Below, piece by piece: positions 8,268-16,001 of a stretch of 32,000 nt of DNA (its first letter is position 1; the number at the start of each line of letters is the position of its first letter). A program made the position numbers and the translations under genes. This stretch comes from Candidatus Electronema halotolerans (GTDB lineage: Bacteria > Desulfobacterota > Desulfobulbia > Desulfobulbales > Desulfobulbaceae): positions 3,030,001-3,062,000 of the forward strand of contig OW818675.1 of the NCBI GenBank assembly GCA_942493095.1. Reading direction: 5' to 3'. The notes beneath the pieces were generated by a model that did not search any database, had not been told where the DNA came from, and saw only the letters and a list, made by a program, of their open reading frames with translations.

Positions 8268-9638
8268 GTGACCGCCCCGTTCCATTGTGAAAATTTTGAG
8301 ATAAGCGAGGAAGACCTTGCCGCTACACCTCCTGCGGTGCGGAAGCTGCTGTCTTTTTTGATCGCTGAGGTAACGCGGCTGAGAAAACGGGTCGAAGAGC
8401 TTGAGGCGAAACTCGGCGAAGATTCCTCGAACTCGAACAGGCCGCCTTCTTCCGACTCTCCGTTTACAGAAAAACGGCAGAGAGATCAGGCGGGGAAGCC
8501 CCGGAAAAAGCGGCGTGGATATCGTCAGGAGCTGATGCCGCCGACAGAAACGCAAAAAATGTATCCTTCCGCCTGCTCGTGCGGTTGCGGCAAATTCAAA
8601 AACATACGGTCATATTATACGCATCAGCATATTGAACTGCCGGAAATCGTGATGCAGGTCAGGCATTTCCTTCTTTATAAAGGGGAATGCGCCGCCTGCG
8701 GCAAAACCGTCAGAGGCTGTGTTCCCGATGAATTCAGAACCGGTTTCGGGGCGCGGTTCACCGCGCTGGTTGCCGAACTGAGCGGCATGGACGGCAGCAG
8801 CCGGGGAACTGTGCGGAAGTTCATCCGTTCCGTGCTCGGCGTTCCTATCAGCGCCGGGGCGGTGCAGAAGATCATTGACCGGGCTTCGGCGGCTGTCGCG
8901 CCGCACTATGAGGCCGTCCGGGCTGCCGTCACAAGCGGGGATGTCGGGCATATTGATGAAACGACGTGGAAAACTGGCGGCAGACTGCGCTGGTTATGGG
9001 TTATGGCGAACCGGCAGGCCGCGTTCTTCATGATTCATCCGAAACGCTCCAAGGAAGCGTTTGAAGAACTGATCGGCGCTTGGAACGGCATTCTCATCAG
9101 CGACGGATACAACGTGTACCAAAAATGGGTCGGCAAGCGGCAAACTTGCCTCGCGCACCTGATCCGCCGTGCCGACGGCCTTGCGGAACGCGCTGACCCT
9201 GAACTCGCCGCCTGCGGAAAATGGGCCGCTGCGGAACTGCGGCGGCTCTGCCGCATGGCGAAAGACCCGCCGACTGAAGGCGAACAGTCCGCATTTTATG
9301 CCCGGCTCTGCCGACTTATCCTACGCTGGCGCGATTGCGACAGTGATGCGGGGAGGTTTGTCCGTCATATTGACAAGGAAATGGAGGCGTTGTTCACTTT
9401 CTTGCTCGAAGAAGGCGTAGCGCCGACAAATAATCCAGCGGAACGGATGCTCCGCTTCGGCGTACTGTGGCGCAAACGGAGTCAGGGCACTGACAGCGAC
9501 AAGGGAAACCGCTGGGTTGAACGAATCCTTTCCCTCCGGCAGACATGCCTGCTTCGGGGAAAATCCACTTTCGAGGTGCTCACCGAGGCCATGCGCTGCT
9601 ATTTCAGAGGACAGATGCCGGATTTAAGCTGGGTCTGA
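8268..9638 (+). CDS. IS66-family transposase (TnpC-like)
   Basis: 456-aa ORF with a GTG start and aggaga RBS. N-terminal leucine-zipper region followed by SSNSNRPPSSD, a zinc-finger-like CSCGCGKF...CAACGK, and a DDE core. All are typical of IS66 transposases. Confidence 0.9.
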   Translation: MTAPFHCENFEISEEDLAATPPAVRKLLSFLIAEVTRLRKRVEELEAKLGEDSSNSNRPPSSDSPFTEKRQRDQAGKPRKKRRGYRQELMPPTETQKMYPSACSCGCGKFKNIRSYYTHQHIELPEIVMQVRHFLLYKGECAACGKTVRGCVPDEFRTGFGARFTALVAELSGMDGSSRGTVRKFIRSVLGVPISAGAVQKIIDRASAAVAPHYEAVRAAVTSGDVGHIDETTWKTGGRLRWLWVMANRQAAFFMIHPKRSKEAFEELIGAWNGILISDGYNVYQKWVGKRQTCLAHLIRRADGLAERADPELAACGKWAAAELRRLCRMAKDPPTEGEQSAFYARLCRLILRWRDCDSDAGRFVRHIDKEMEALFTFLLEEGVAPTNNPAERMLRFGVLWRKRSQGTDSDKGNRWVERILSLRQTCLLRGKSTFEVLTEAMRCYFRGQMPDLSWV

Positions 9639-9642
9639 GCGG

Positions 9643-9660
9643 TACCCTGTGATCGCTTAC
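9643..9660 (-). repeat. IS66 right terminal inverted repeat
   Basis: The reverse complement reads GTAAGCGATCACAGGGTA. Confidence 0.7.
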
Positions 9661-10053
9661 GAAAACGGCTTGGAGCTGTACGTGATGTGCGAGATTCCGA
9701 GCAACGTCATCTGCGCGGATGCGTTCGCTGACATCTTTGACGGCTTCTCCATCGGCTCCAACGATCTGACCCAGCTCACTTACGGCTTAGACCGCGACTC
9801 CGGCATCCTGACCGGCATTGCGGACGAGCGCCATGATGCGGTCAAAGAAATGATCCGCATGGTGATCAAGACTGCCAAGCGGCGCGGGCGCAAGATCGGC
9901 ATCTGCGGCCAGGGGCCGTCCGATTTCCCGGACTTTGCCACCTTCTTGGTTGAAGAGGGCATTGACTCCATGTCCCTGATCCCGGACACGGTCATCAAGA
10001 CCCGTCTTGCAGTGCATGAGAAGGAGAAGGAGCTGGGCATTGCGCCGAAGTAA
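9661..10053 (+). pseudogene. ppsA: Displaced ppsA 3'-end fragment (copy 3), 5'-truncated at the IS66 right end
   Basis: Aligns to ppsA nt ~4311-4704 and keeps its own stop codon and terminator. It differs from copies 1 and 2 by one internal residue (E to D in ERHDAVKEM). Its C-terminal ...GIAPK also differs from copy 1 (...GIAPE). Confidence 0.85.
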
Positions 10054-10084
10054 GGTGGCTGCAATAAGAGCTTGAAGCACGATG

Positions 10085-10120
10085 AAGGGCGGCCTGCGGG
10101 TTCGCCCTTTTTTGTTTTTT
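10085..10120 (+). terminator. Rho-independent terminator after ppsA copy 3
   Basis: Stem aagggcg / cgccctt followed by ttttttgtttttt. It is homologous in layout to the hairpin at 4729-4764. Confidence 0.65.
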
Positions 10121-10154
10121 CTCCGCTGCTTGACAGGATGCAAATGATCATGCT

Positions 10155-10568
10155 ATGCTGGAAACCGTTTCAAAATCTCGCTTCAAAGCAAAGGCACTTG
10201 AATATTTTCGCAAGATAGAGCAGAACGGGCAGGCTGTGATCATCATTGATCATGGGAAGCCCGTGCTGCAAGTGCTGCGTTTTGATGATCCTCTGGAGCC
10301 AGTTGGCATGTCTGGCTTTGTGGCGGCAGGAATCAGGAGTGAATATCTTTTTTTTCTTTGCAGCAGAAGAGTGTGTGCGAATGATTCCATCAGGGTGGCA
10401 GAGTGGCCTGCCGGGTGTTGTTCAGAAACGCTTATCCCAAGGCAACGGATGTGCAAGCCTCATGCGGCAGGCATATTCAGCGCGGATGCTGTTTTTGGCT
10501 TTTCTTGCATCTGGATTGGTGTTATAGTTAGGCAGCACTTATCCCAGCGGTCAGAAAAGGAGATATGA
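10155..10568 (+). pseudogene. Phd/YefM-type antitoxin N-terminus, probably degenerate and orphan
   Basis: The first ~50 aa (SKSRFKAKALEYFRKIEQNGQAVIIIDHGKPVLQVL) fit the Phd/YefM pattern. The remaining ~85 aa look like non-coding read-through. No toxin ORF follows. Confidence 0.35.
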
Positions 10569-10795
10569 ACGGCGAGGATAAGAATCGATTTGTGAATCAA
10601 CATCATCAGAGCGGCTGCCCTGACGATGTTCAGTGATGCAAGTCAATTGCCGCTGTGTGCATTCATATACGGCAAAAGTGCGACTCACCCCGATTAAGCG
10701 GCATCGGCAGGAAATTTTTTGGTTTTACAAAACGTTTTATCTGGCGGTATTATAACCGTCTTATATAGCAACTCAAAAAGGCAGAGGTAAGAAAG

Positions 10796-12880
10796 ATGAA
10801 AGGAAAAAAAAGTTATTCCCGCAGGCCGGTGTGCTTGCTCGCCCCGGCAGCACTTATTGCAGCGTTGGGCCTTGGCACAGCGTCGCACGCTTTCGCGGCG
10901 CAGGAGATTGATGTTCAGGGCGGAGCAGACAACACCTCCATTGCTGACGGCAGTGCCACGCCATCTGTTGATGATGGCACAGACTTCGGCGGCGTTGAGA
11001 CCAGCACTGATGCAGTCAAAACCTACACCATCCTCAATACTGGTGATGCAGACTTGACACTGAACGGCACGCCGCTTGTTAAGCTTAATCCAGTTGCGAC
11101 TGATGATAAAGGCTGCGACGCTTTCAGTGTTACCACCCAGCCGACAAGCCCGATTGCTGCGACTAAAAACACCACCTTCACGGTGACGTACAATCAAGCC
11201 GCATCCGGCAGCTTGGATAAATGCCAGATAAGCATCGCCAACGATGACGACAATGAAAATCCTTACGATTTTGTCATCCAAGGTTCAACTGTCCCAGAGA
11301 TGGATGTGCAAGGGAAGACCGTCTCGATCACTGACGGAGACACCACGCCATCTGCTGCTGATGACACTCTCTTTACCGCAGGCAGCGGGTCGGCCAAAAC
11401 CTACACCATCCTCAATACTGGTGGTGGAGACTTGACTCTGAGTGGCACTCCGCTTGTTGATCTTGTTGAGTTTGCAGATGGTGATGGAAGCTGTGACGAT
11501 TTCAGCGTCACCGCCCCGCCGACAAGCCCGATTGCTGCGGGCGGCAACACCACATTCGTTGTGACGTACACTCCGACTGGTGATGAAAATGGAACACCAT
11601 GCAAGGTCAGCATCGCAAATAATGATGCCGATGAGAATCCTTATGATTTTGCCATCCAAGTTGCGCTTCCTGAGATCGATGTTCAGGGAAACAGTGTCTC
11701 CATTGCTGACGGTCATGACACGCCATCTTCTGCTGATGACACCGACTTTGGCGGCGTTCCCACCAGCACTGATGTGACCAAAACCTACACCATCCTCAAC
11801 ATTGGCGGCGCAGACCTGACTTTGGACGGCACTGACTCGAATTATGTTGTGCTTGAACCGGTGGCGGATGGTGATGCAGGCTGCGGCGCGTTCACTGTCA
11901 CCCAGCCGACAGAAACAACGATTGCTGCGGGCGCAAGCACCACTTTCACGGTGACATACAATCAAGAGACAGTCAACACCGTGGATAAATGCGGGATCAG
12001 CATCGCCAATGACGATGCCGATGAGAATCCTTATGATTTCACCATCCAAGCCTCAACCGGCCCTGAAATGGATGTTCAGGGAAACAGCGTCTCCATTGCT
12101 GACGGCGACGATACGCCAGACATGGCTGATGACACCGACTTCGGCGGCGTTCCCACCAGCACTGATGTGACCAAAACCTACACCATTCTTAACATTGGCG
12201 GTGCAGAGCTGACCTTGGGTGTTGATCCTGTCACTAACGATGCTGCTGCTGGTTGCAATTTCTTCACCATCACCCAGCCGGCGGAAACAACACCGATTGC
12301 TGCGGGCGCAAGCACCACTTTCACGGTGACATACAAACAAGCGACAGCCAACACCTTGAATACATGCGGGATCAGCATCGCCAATAACGATGCCGATGAA
12401 GGTCCTTCTTATGATTTTGTCATCCAAGCCTCAACCGGCCCTGAGATGGATGTTCAGGGAAACAGCGTCTCCATTGCTGATGGCGATGACACCCCAGACG
12501 TGGCTGATGACACCGACTTCGGCACAGTTAACGTCGGTAAAACTCTGAGCAAAGCCTACACTATCCTAAACACTGGCGGTGCAAATTTGACCTTGGACGG
12601 CGATGCTCCGGATTATGTTGTGCTTAATGGTGAAGGTTGCGCCTCATTCAAAGTCACCACCCAGCCAACAACACCGATTGCTGTGGGCGCAACATCTGCT
12701 GTCACCTTCACAGTGGAATATGCCCCGACCGCTGTTTCGGAAGGAGAACAATGCACTGTCAGCATTGACAATAATGACAGCAATGAGAACCCTTATGATT
12801 TTGTCATCCAAGGGAAAGGCGGAAAGAGCGGCGCAAGTTACCTCCCGGCGGTCTATGAAGTACTGCTGAACGGAAACTAA
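10796..12880 (+). CDS. Secreted repeat protein with five tandem Ig-like (choice-of-anchor-D / ASH-like) domains
   Basis: Signal peptide ending AFA|AQE. Five units of ~125-131 aa each start (E/P)(I/M)DVQG. Each carries KTYTILNTGGxxLTL, two Cys, and ANxDxDENPYDFxIQ. Confidence 0.85.
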   Translation: MKGKKSYSRRPVCLLAPAALIAALGLGTASHAFAAQEIDVQGGADNTSIADGSATPSVDDGTDFGGVETSTDAVKTYTILNTGDADLTLNGTPLVKLNPVATDDKGCDAFSVTTQPTSPIAATKNTTFTVTYNQAASGSLDKCQISIANDDDNENPYDFVIQGSTVPEMDVQGKTVSITDGDTTPSAADDTLFTAGSGSAKTYTILNTGGGDLTLSGTPLVDLVEFADGDGSCDDFSVTAPPTSPIAAGGNTTFVVTYTPTGDENGTPCKVSIANNDADENPYDFAIQVALPEIDVQGNSVSIADGHDTPSSADDTDFGGVPTSTDVTKTYTILNIGGADLTLDGTDSNYVVLEPVADGDAGCGAFTVTQPTETTIAAGASTTFTVTYNQETVNTVDKCGISIANDDADENPYDFTIQASTGPEMDVQGNSVSIADGDDTPDMADDTDFGGVPTSTDVTKTYTILNIGGAELTLGVDPVTNDAAAGCNFFTITQPAETTPIAAGASTTFTVTYKQATANTLNTCGISIANNDADEGPSYDFVIQASTGPEMDVQGNSVSIADGDDTPDVADDTDFGTVNVGKTLSKAYTILNTGGANLTLDGDAPDYVVLNGEGCASFKVTTQPTTPIAVGATSAVTFTVEYAPTAVSEGEQCTVSIDNNDSNENPYDFVIQGKGGKSGASYLPAVYEVLLNGN
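10904..12813 (+). repeat. Five tandem coding repeats of ~375-393 nt
   Basis: Unit starts are at 10904, 11297, 11672, 12065 and 12443. The first ~100 nt of units 4 and 5 are about 90% identical by eye. Confidence 0.8.
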
Positions 12881-12961
12881 ACACTGCGGCAACATGCGCT
12901 GGTTTCTCGTGAACATTGCGGGAAACCAGCAGCAAGATGCTCTTCCTTCAGTTTCACGCAA

Positions 12962-12997
12962 AAGCCCTTCTGACAGGCTATCCTGTCAGAAGGGCTT
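12962..12997. terminator. Bidirectional terminator hairpin between convergent genes
   Basis: Perfect 16-bp stem aagcccttctgacagg / cctgtcagaagggctt with loop ctat. Short A/T stretches flank it on both sides. Confidence 0.65.
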
Positions 12998-13026
12998 TGT
13001 TCTTCCCGCCTTTTCTCCCCTTCAGA

Positions 13027-13911
13027 TCAACGCAGGCCGATCTGCTCCATTGCCGCAGTCAGTTTGTTCAGCGAAGCCTCGTCCATCTCGGTCATGGGCA
13101 GGCGCAGCTCCGGCGAGGCGATCTTGCCGAGCAGATGCAAGGCTTTTTTGGCCGGGGCCGGGTTGGGGCAGCAGAACATGGTGCTCATGAGCGGGAAAAG
13201 CTGGTAGTGCAGCTCCTTGGCCTTGGCTAAATCACCATTCAGGGCCGCTTCCATCAGCTCGGCCATAGCCTTGGGCATCACGTTCGAGGTCACGGAAATC
13301 ACACCCTTGCCGCCGATCAGCACTGTGGGCATGGAGGTGAAGTCATCGCCGGACAGCACAATGAAGTCCTTGGGGCAGAGCCGGATGATCTCGGAAATCT
13401 GATTCAGGCAGCCGCAGGCCTCCTTGATGGCAATGACATTGGGCAGCTCTGCCAGCCGGGCCACAGTGGCCGGGGCCATGTTGGTGACAGTCCGGCTCGG
13501 CACATTGTACAGGACTATGGGAATATTCACAGCCTCGGCAATGGTTTTGAAATGCTGATACAGCCCGTCCTGGCTTGGCTTGTTGTAATAGGGCACCACG
13601 GACAGGACTGCGTCCGCGCCGCTGGCCTTGGCTGACTCGGTCAGTTCAATGGCCTCCAGGGTGTTGTTGGCCCCAGCTCCGGCAATGACCGGCACCCGGC
13701 CCGCCACAGTCTTGACAGTCAGCTCAATGACCCGCTTGTGCTCATCAAAGCTGAGGGTGGCGGACTCGCCGGTGGTGCCGCAGGGCACCAAGCCGTGGAT
13801 GCCGCTTTCGATCTGGAAATTGATCAGATTGACCAAGCTTTCCTCATCAACGTTGCCGTCCCGCATCGGGGTGACAATGGCAGTGATGGCTCCCTGAATG
13901 TTTTTTGTCAT
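13027..13911 (-). CDS. dapA: 4-hydroxy-tetrahydrodipicolinate synthase
   Basis: MTKNIQGAITAIVTPM... and GTTGES are typical of DapA. I prefer the ATG at 13911, which is preceded by aaggagg, over the longer frame starting at 13962. Confidence 0.9.
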   Translation of the reverse strand: MTKNIQGAITAIVTPMRDGNVDEESLVNLINFQIESGIHGLVPCGTTGESATLSFDEHKRVIELTVKTVAGRVPVIAGAGANNTLEAIELTESAKASGADAVLSVVPYYNKPSQDGLYQHFKTIAEAVNIPIVLYNVPSRTVTNMAPATVARLAELPNVIAIKEACGCLNQISEIIRLCPKDFIVLSGDDFTSMPTVLIGGKGVISVTSNVMPKAMAELMEAALNGDLAKAKELHYQLFPLMSTMFCCPNPAPAKKALHLLGKIASPELRLPMTEMDEASLNKLTAAMEQIGLR

Positions 13912-14221
13912 CGCATCCTCCTTGAATGTAAGGCAATGCCCTGCTGGGCAGTTTTTTCGCATGACTCCTCAGAGGAGTCTTTTTACGACGGCATTATAAA
14001 CAACATCTGCATGTTCGCCACCCTTAACTGGCCTGCATTCAAATAAATCAGCAGTTCCGCTATAGCTGAGGGAGAAGAGCGGCTGCTTGACTTGAACAAG
14101 CTCAGGTCTGCAATCAGCAGAAAGAATCCGGCTTGCTTAACTTGGCCGCAGCGGGTATAGTAAAAAAACGCCCGCGCAGGGGAAATTTTATCAAATCCTT
14201 GATCTTATCGGCAAAAAAACA

Positions 14222-14824
14222 ATGCGACTCGTCTTAACATGCTGTCTGTCACTGCTTTTGTCAGCTCCGCCCGCACTGGCCAGCCTTGCAGACCAAGTCC
14301 GTTTCCTTGACACCTGGTCAGAATTGAATTCATGGGATTTAGGAGGAGTGCAGCCGCTTGATTTCGCCCAGACCTTGGACAAGAAATTCGTCTTTGTGCT
14401 GGGACAGGACGGCGGCATCCATATCTATTCCGCAGTCGGCGAACAGCTTGGCACGATCAGAACCGGCAGCCAGCCGATATCCTTTGCCATTGAAGCACGA
14501 GGCAGAATGCTGCATCTTGTTGACCGGAGCGGTGCCTGCACGGCAGTCAGCGTGTCGCTGGCAGGCGGCTCTCTTGACTGGTCTGTCCTCAAAACATGGA
14601 AAACAGCGGCCCGGCCCATTGACATCGCGACCGCGCATGAACGGCAGCGCGTCTTCATTCTTGAGGCGGACAATGCCGTGCATGTTTATTCTTTCGCCGG
14701 AATGCCCTTGGGCAGCATTGCCGCGCCTCCTGGCACCTTTTCCATCAAGACGGTGCCCTACAGCAGAAAACTCTATCTTGCCGCGAGAAACGGCATTTTC
14801 ACTGGCATGGAAAGCCCGTTCTGA
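14222..14824 (+). CDS. Secreted protein made of two copies of a ~85-aa beta-propeller-blade-like module
   Basis: Signal peptide MRLVLTCCLSLLLSAPPALA. The motif VFVLGQDGGIHIYSAVGEQLGTI recurs as VFILEADNAVHVYSFAGMPLGSI. The same module occurs in the next gene. Confidence 0.75.
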   Translation: MRLVLTCCLSLLLSAPPALASLADQVRFLDTWSELNSWDLGGVQPLDFAQTLDKKFVFVLGQDGGIHIYSAVGEQLGTIRTGSQPISFAIEARGRMLHLVDRSGACTAVSVSLAGGSLDWSVLKTWKTAARPIDIATAHERQRVFILEADNAVHVYSFAGMPLGSIAAPPGTFSIKTVPYSRKLYLAARNGIFTGMESPF

Positions 14825-14867
14825 CCTGCCGCCCTTGCTTGAGGCGGAAAAAATACGGCTGTTCCGC

Positions 14868-14896
14868 TTGCTGGACAGCAGGGCAGGCAGTATAAT
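14868..14896 (+). promoter_or_regulatory. Candidate sigma70-type promoter
   Basis: TTGCTG, a 17-nt spacer, then TATAAT. The gcagtataat box is duplicated 40 nt downstream at 14927-14936. Confidence 0.35.
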
Positions 14897-15106
14897 GGCC
14901 GCCAAGTGACACTCTCTATAGCCGAAGCAGTATAATTTGATGAGCGTTCTTTCTGCCGCCCGCCGTAGGGGTCGTGTCTGCCCGTGCAACGCGCCAAAAT
15001 GACGGGAAACACCGGGGGGCCGACCTTACGGGAGAGAGACAGATGACAGCGTCATTGTAGCCTGCTTCAGCTCTATTATTCTCAACACGCATCAAGGAAA
15101 AAAACC

Positions 15107-15985
15107 ATGAAGAAGACTCTTGCACTGTGCTGCCTGTTTCTGCTGCCTGGGCAGTTTGCCGCAGCCCAAGCCCCGCAGGCTGATCAGTCAACAGCAAGCA
15201 AGCCGGATCAGCTGACGTGGACCGTCATGCAGGAATGGAAGATGAAGACCAAGCCGGTTGATTTTGTCCAAGCACTGGACGGCAGGATTGTCTTTGTGCT
15301 CGGTGATGACAGCAAAGTGCATCTCTATTCTGCTGAAGGGCAGGAACTGGGTGAAATTCCAGTTGATCAGAGCACAGTGGCCATTGATATCGCCCCGCGT
15401 GGCGAAATGCTCTATCTTGTTGATCAAAATCAGAATTACAAGGCTCTTGACATCTCCTTTGCCAAGGATATTGATGTCAGCGGCTCCCCAGTCAAGGGCA
15501 AGGCGGATGCGCCGGTGAGCATCGTGGTCTTCTCTGATTTTCAGTGCCCCTTCTGCAGCCGGATTGAGCCGATTTTGGCAGAGGTCCTGAAACGGAATCC
15601 TGACACTGTCAACGTGATCTTCAAACACATGCCCTTGGGCATGCATCAGCAGGCCGAGCCTGCGGCCCGGGCCGCCATTGCCGCCCAGCAGCAGGGCAAG
15701 TTTTGGGAGATGCACGACGCGCTCTTTGCCGCCGCCTCCAAAGGCAAGCTGAATGCCGAGTCCATTGAAAAGGCGGCCAAAGACCTTGGCTTGGACATGA
15801 AAAAGTTCAAGGCTGACGTGAACAGCGAGGCCACCAAGGAGCGGTTGAGCAACGATCTGAGCGCGGCCCGTCTGGCCGAAGTCAACGGCACGCCGACGCT
15901 GTTTGTCAATGGCCGCCGGGTCAATTCGCCCAGCCCGGACTTCATTCAGAAGATGCTTGATCAGGAACTGGCCAAGAAAAAATGA
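15107..15985 (+). CDS. Periplasmic DsbA-family thiol:disulfide oxidoreductase with an N-terminal blade-like module
   Basis: Signal peptide present. The N-terminal ~90 aa are homologous to the module of the upstream gene. The thioredoxin fold has a CPFC active site (FSDFQCPFCSRIEP). Confidence 0.85.
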   Translation: MKKTLALCCLFLLPGQFAAAQAPQADQSTASKPDQLTWTVMQEWKMKTKPVDFVQALDGRIVFVLGDDSKVHLYSAEGQELGEIPVDQSTVAIDIAPRGEMLYLVDQNQNYKALDISFAKDIDVSGSPVKGKADAPVSIVVFSDFQCPFCSRIEPILAEVLKRNPDTVNVIFKHMPLGMHQQAEPAARAAIAAQQQGKFWEMHDALFAAASKGKLNAESIEKAAKDLGLDMKKFKADVNSEATKERLSNDLSAARLAEVNGTPTLFVNGRRVNSPSPDFIQKMLDQELAKKK

Positions 15986-16001
15986 ATCCGGTGCCGCAGC
16001 C

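Larger units (their letters stand above)
8175..9660 (+). mobile_element. IS66-family insertion sequence, single-ORF (ISBst12-like) form
   Basis: The 1486-bp unit is bounded by imperfect terminal inverted repeats, GTAACTGATCACAGGGTG and the reverse complement of TACCCTGTGATCGCTTAC (which reads GTAAGCGATCACAGGGTA). GTAAGCG is the canonical IS66 terminus. It contains one transposase ORF. Confidence 0.8.

Noticed and set aside
4705-10790. Search for an integrase or recombinase that would explain the ppsA 3' duplications
   Set aside because: No tyrosine or serine recombinase-like ORF is present in either strand of the accessory segment. Only the IS66 DDE transposase is there, so no integrase feature is reported.
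10694-12427. Minus-strand ORFs of 195, 254 and 124 aa across the repeat-protein gene
   Set aside because: They are antisense to the plus-strand gene, which has a signal peptide and a coherent five-fold domain repeat. Their periodicity simply mirrors the plus-strand repeats.
10904-12813. Regularly spaced repeats considered as a possible CRISPR array
   Set aside because: The units are ~375-393 nt and lie within one continuous ORF with a signal peptide. The repeats are long and diverged, not short identical repeats separated by unique spacers.
14963-15031. Resemblance to the ZTP (pfl) riboswitch core and faint resemblance to ykkC (guanidine-I): GGGGTCGTG ... GGGAAACACCGGGGGGCCGACC
   Set aside because: The similarity is from memory only. 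The expected P2 pairing and the 3' pseudoknot element (CCGCCTGGGC-like) are not found downstream. The downstream gene, a DsbA-like protein, is not a purine/folate or guanidine-related target. The region is kept only as an unclassified structured leader pending cmscan.
14339-15197. Minus-strand ORFs of 216, 79 and 93 aa, plus the plus-strand alternative frame at 14358-14909
   Set aside because: They overlap the secreted module protein or the intergenic leader. They have no motifs or signal sequences and an Arg/Ala-rich antisense composition.
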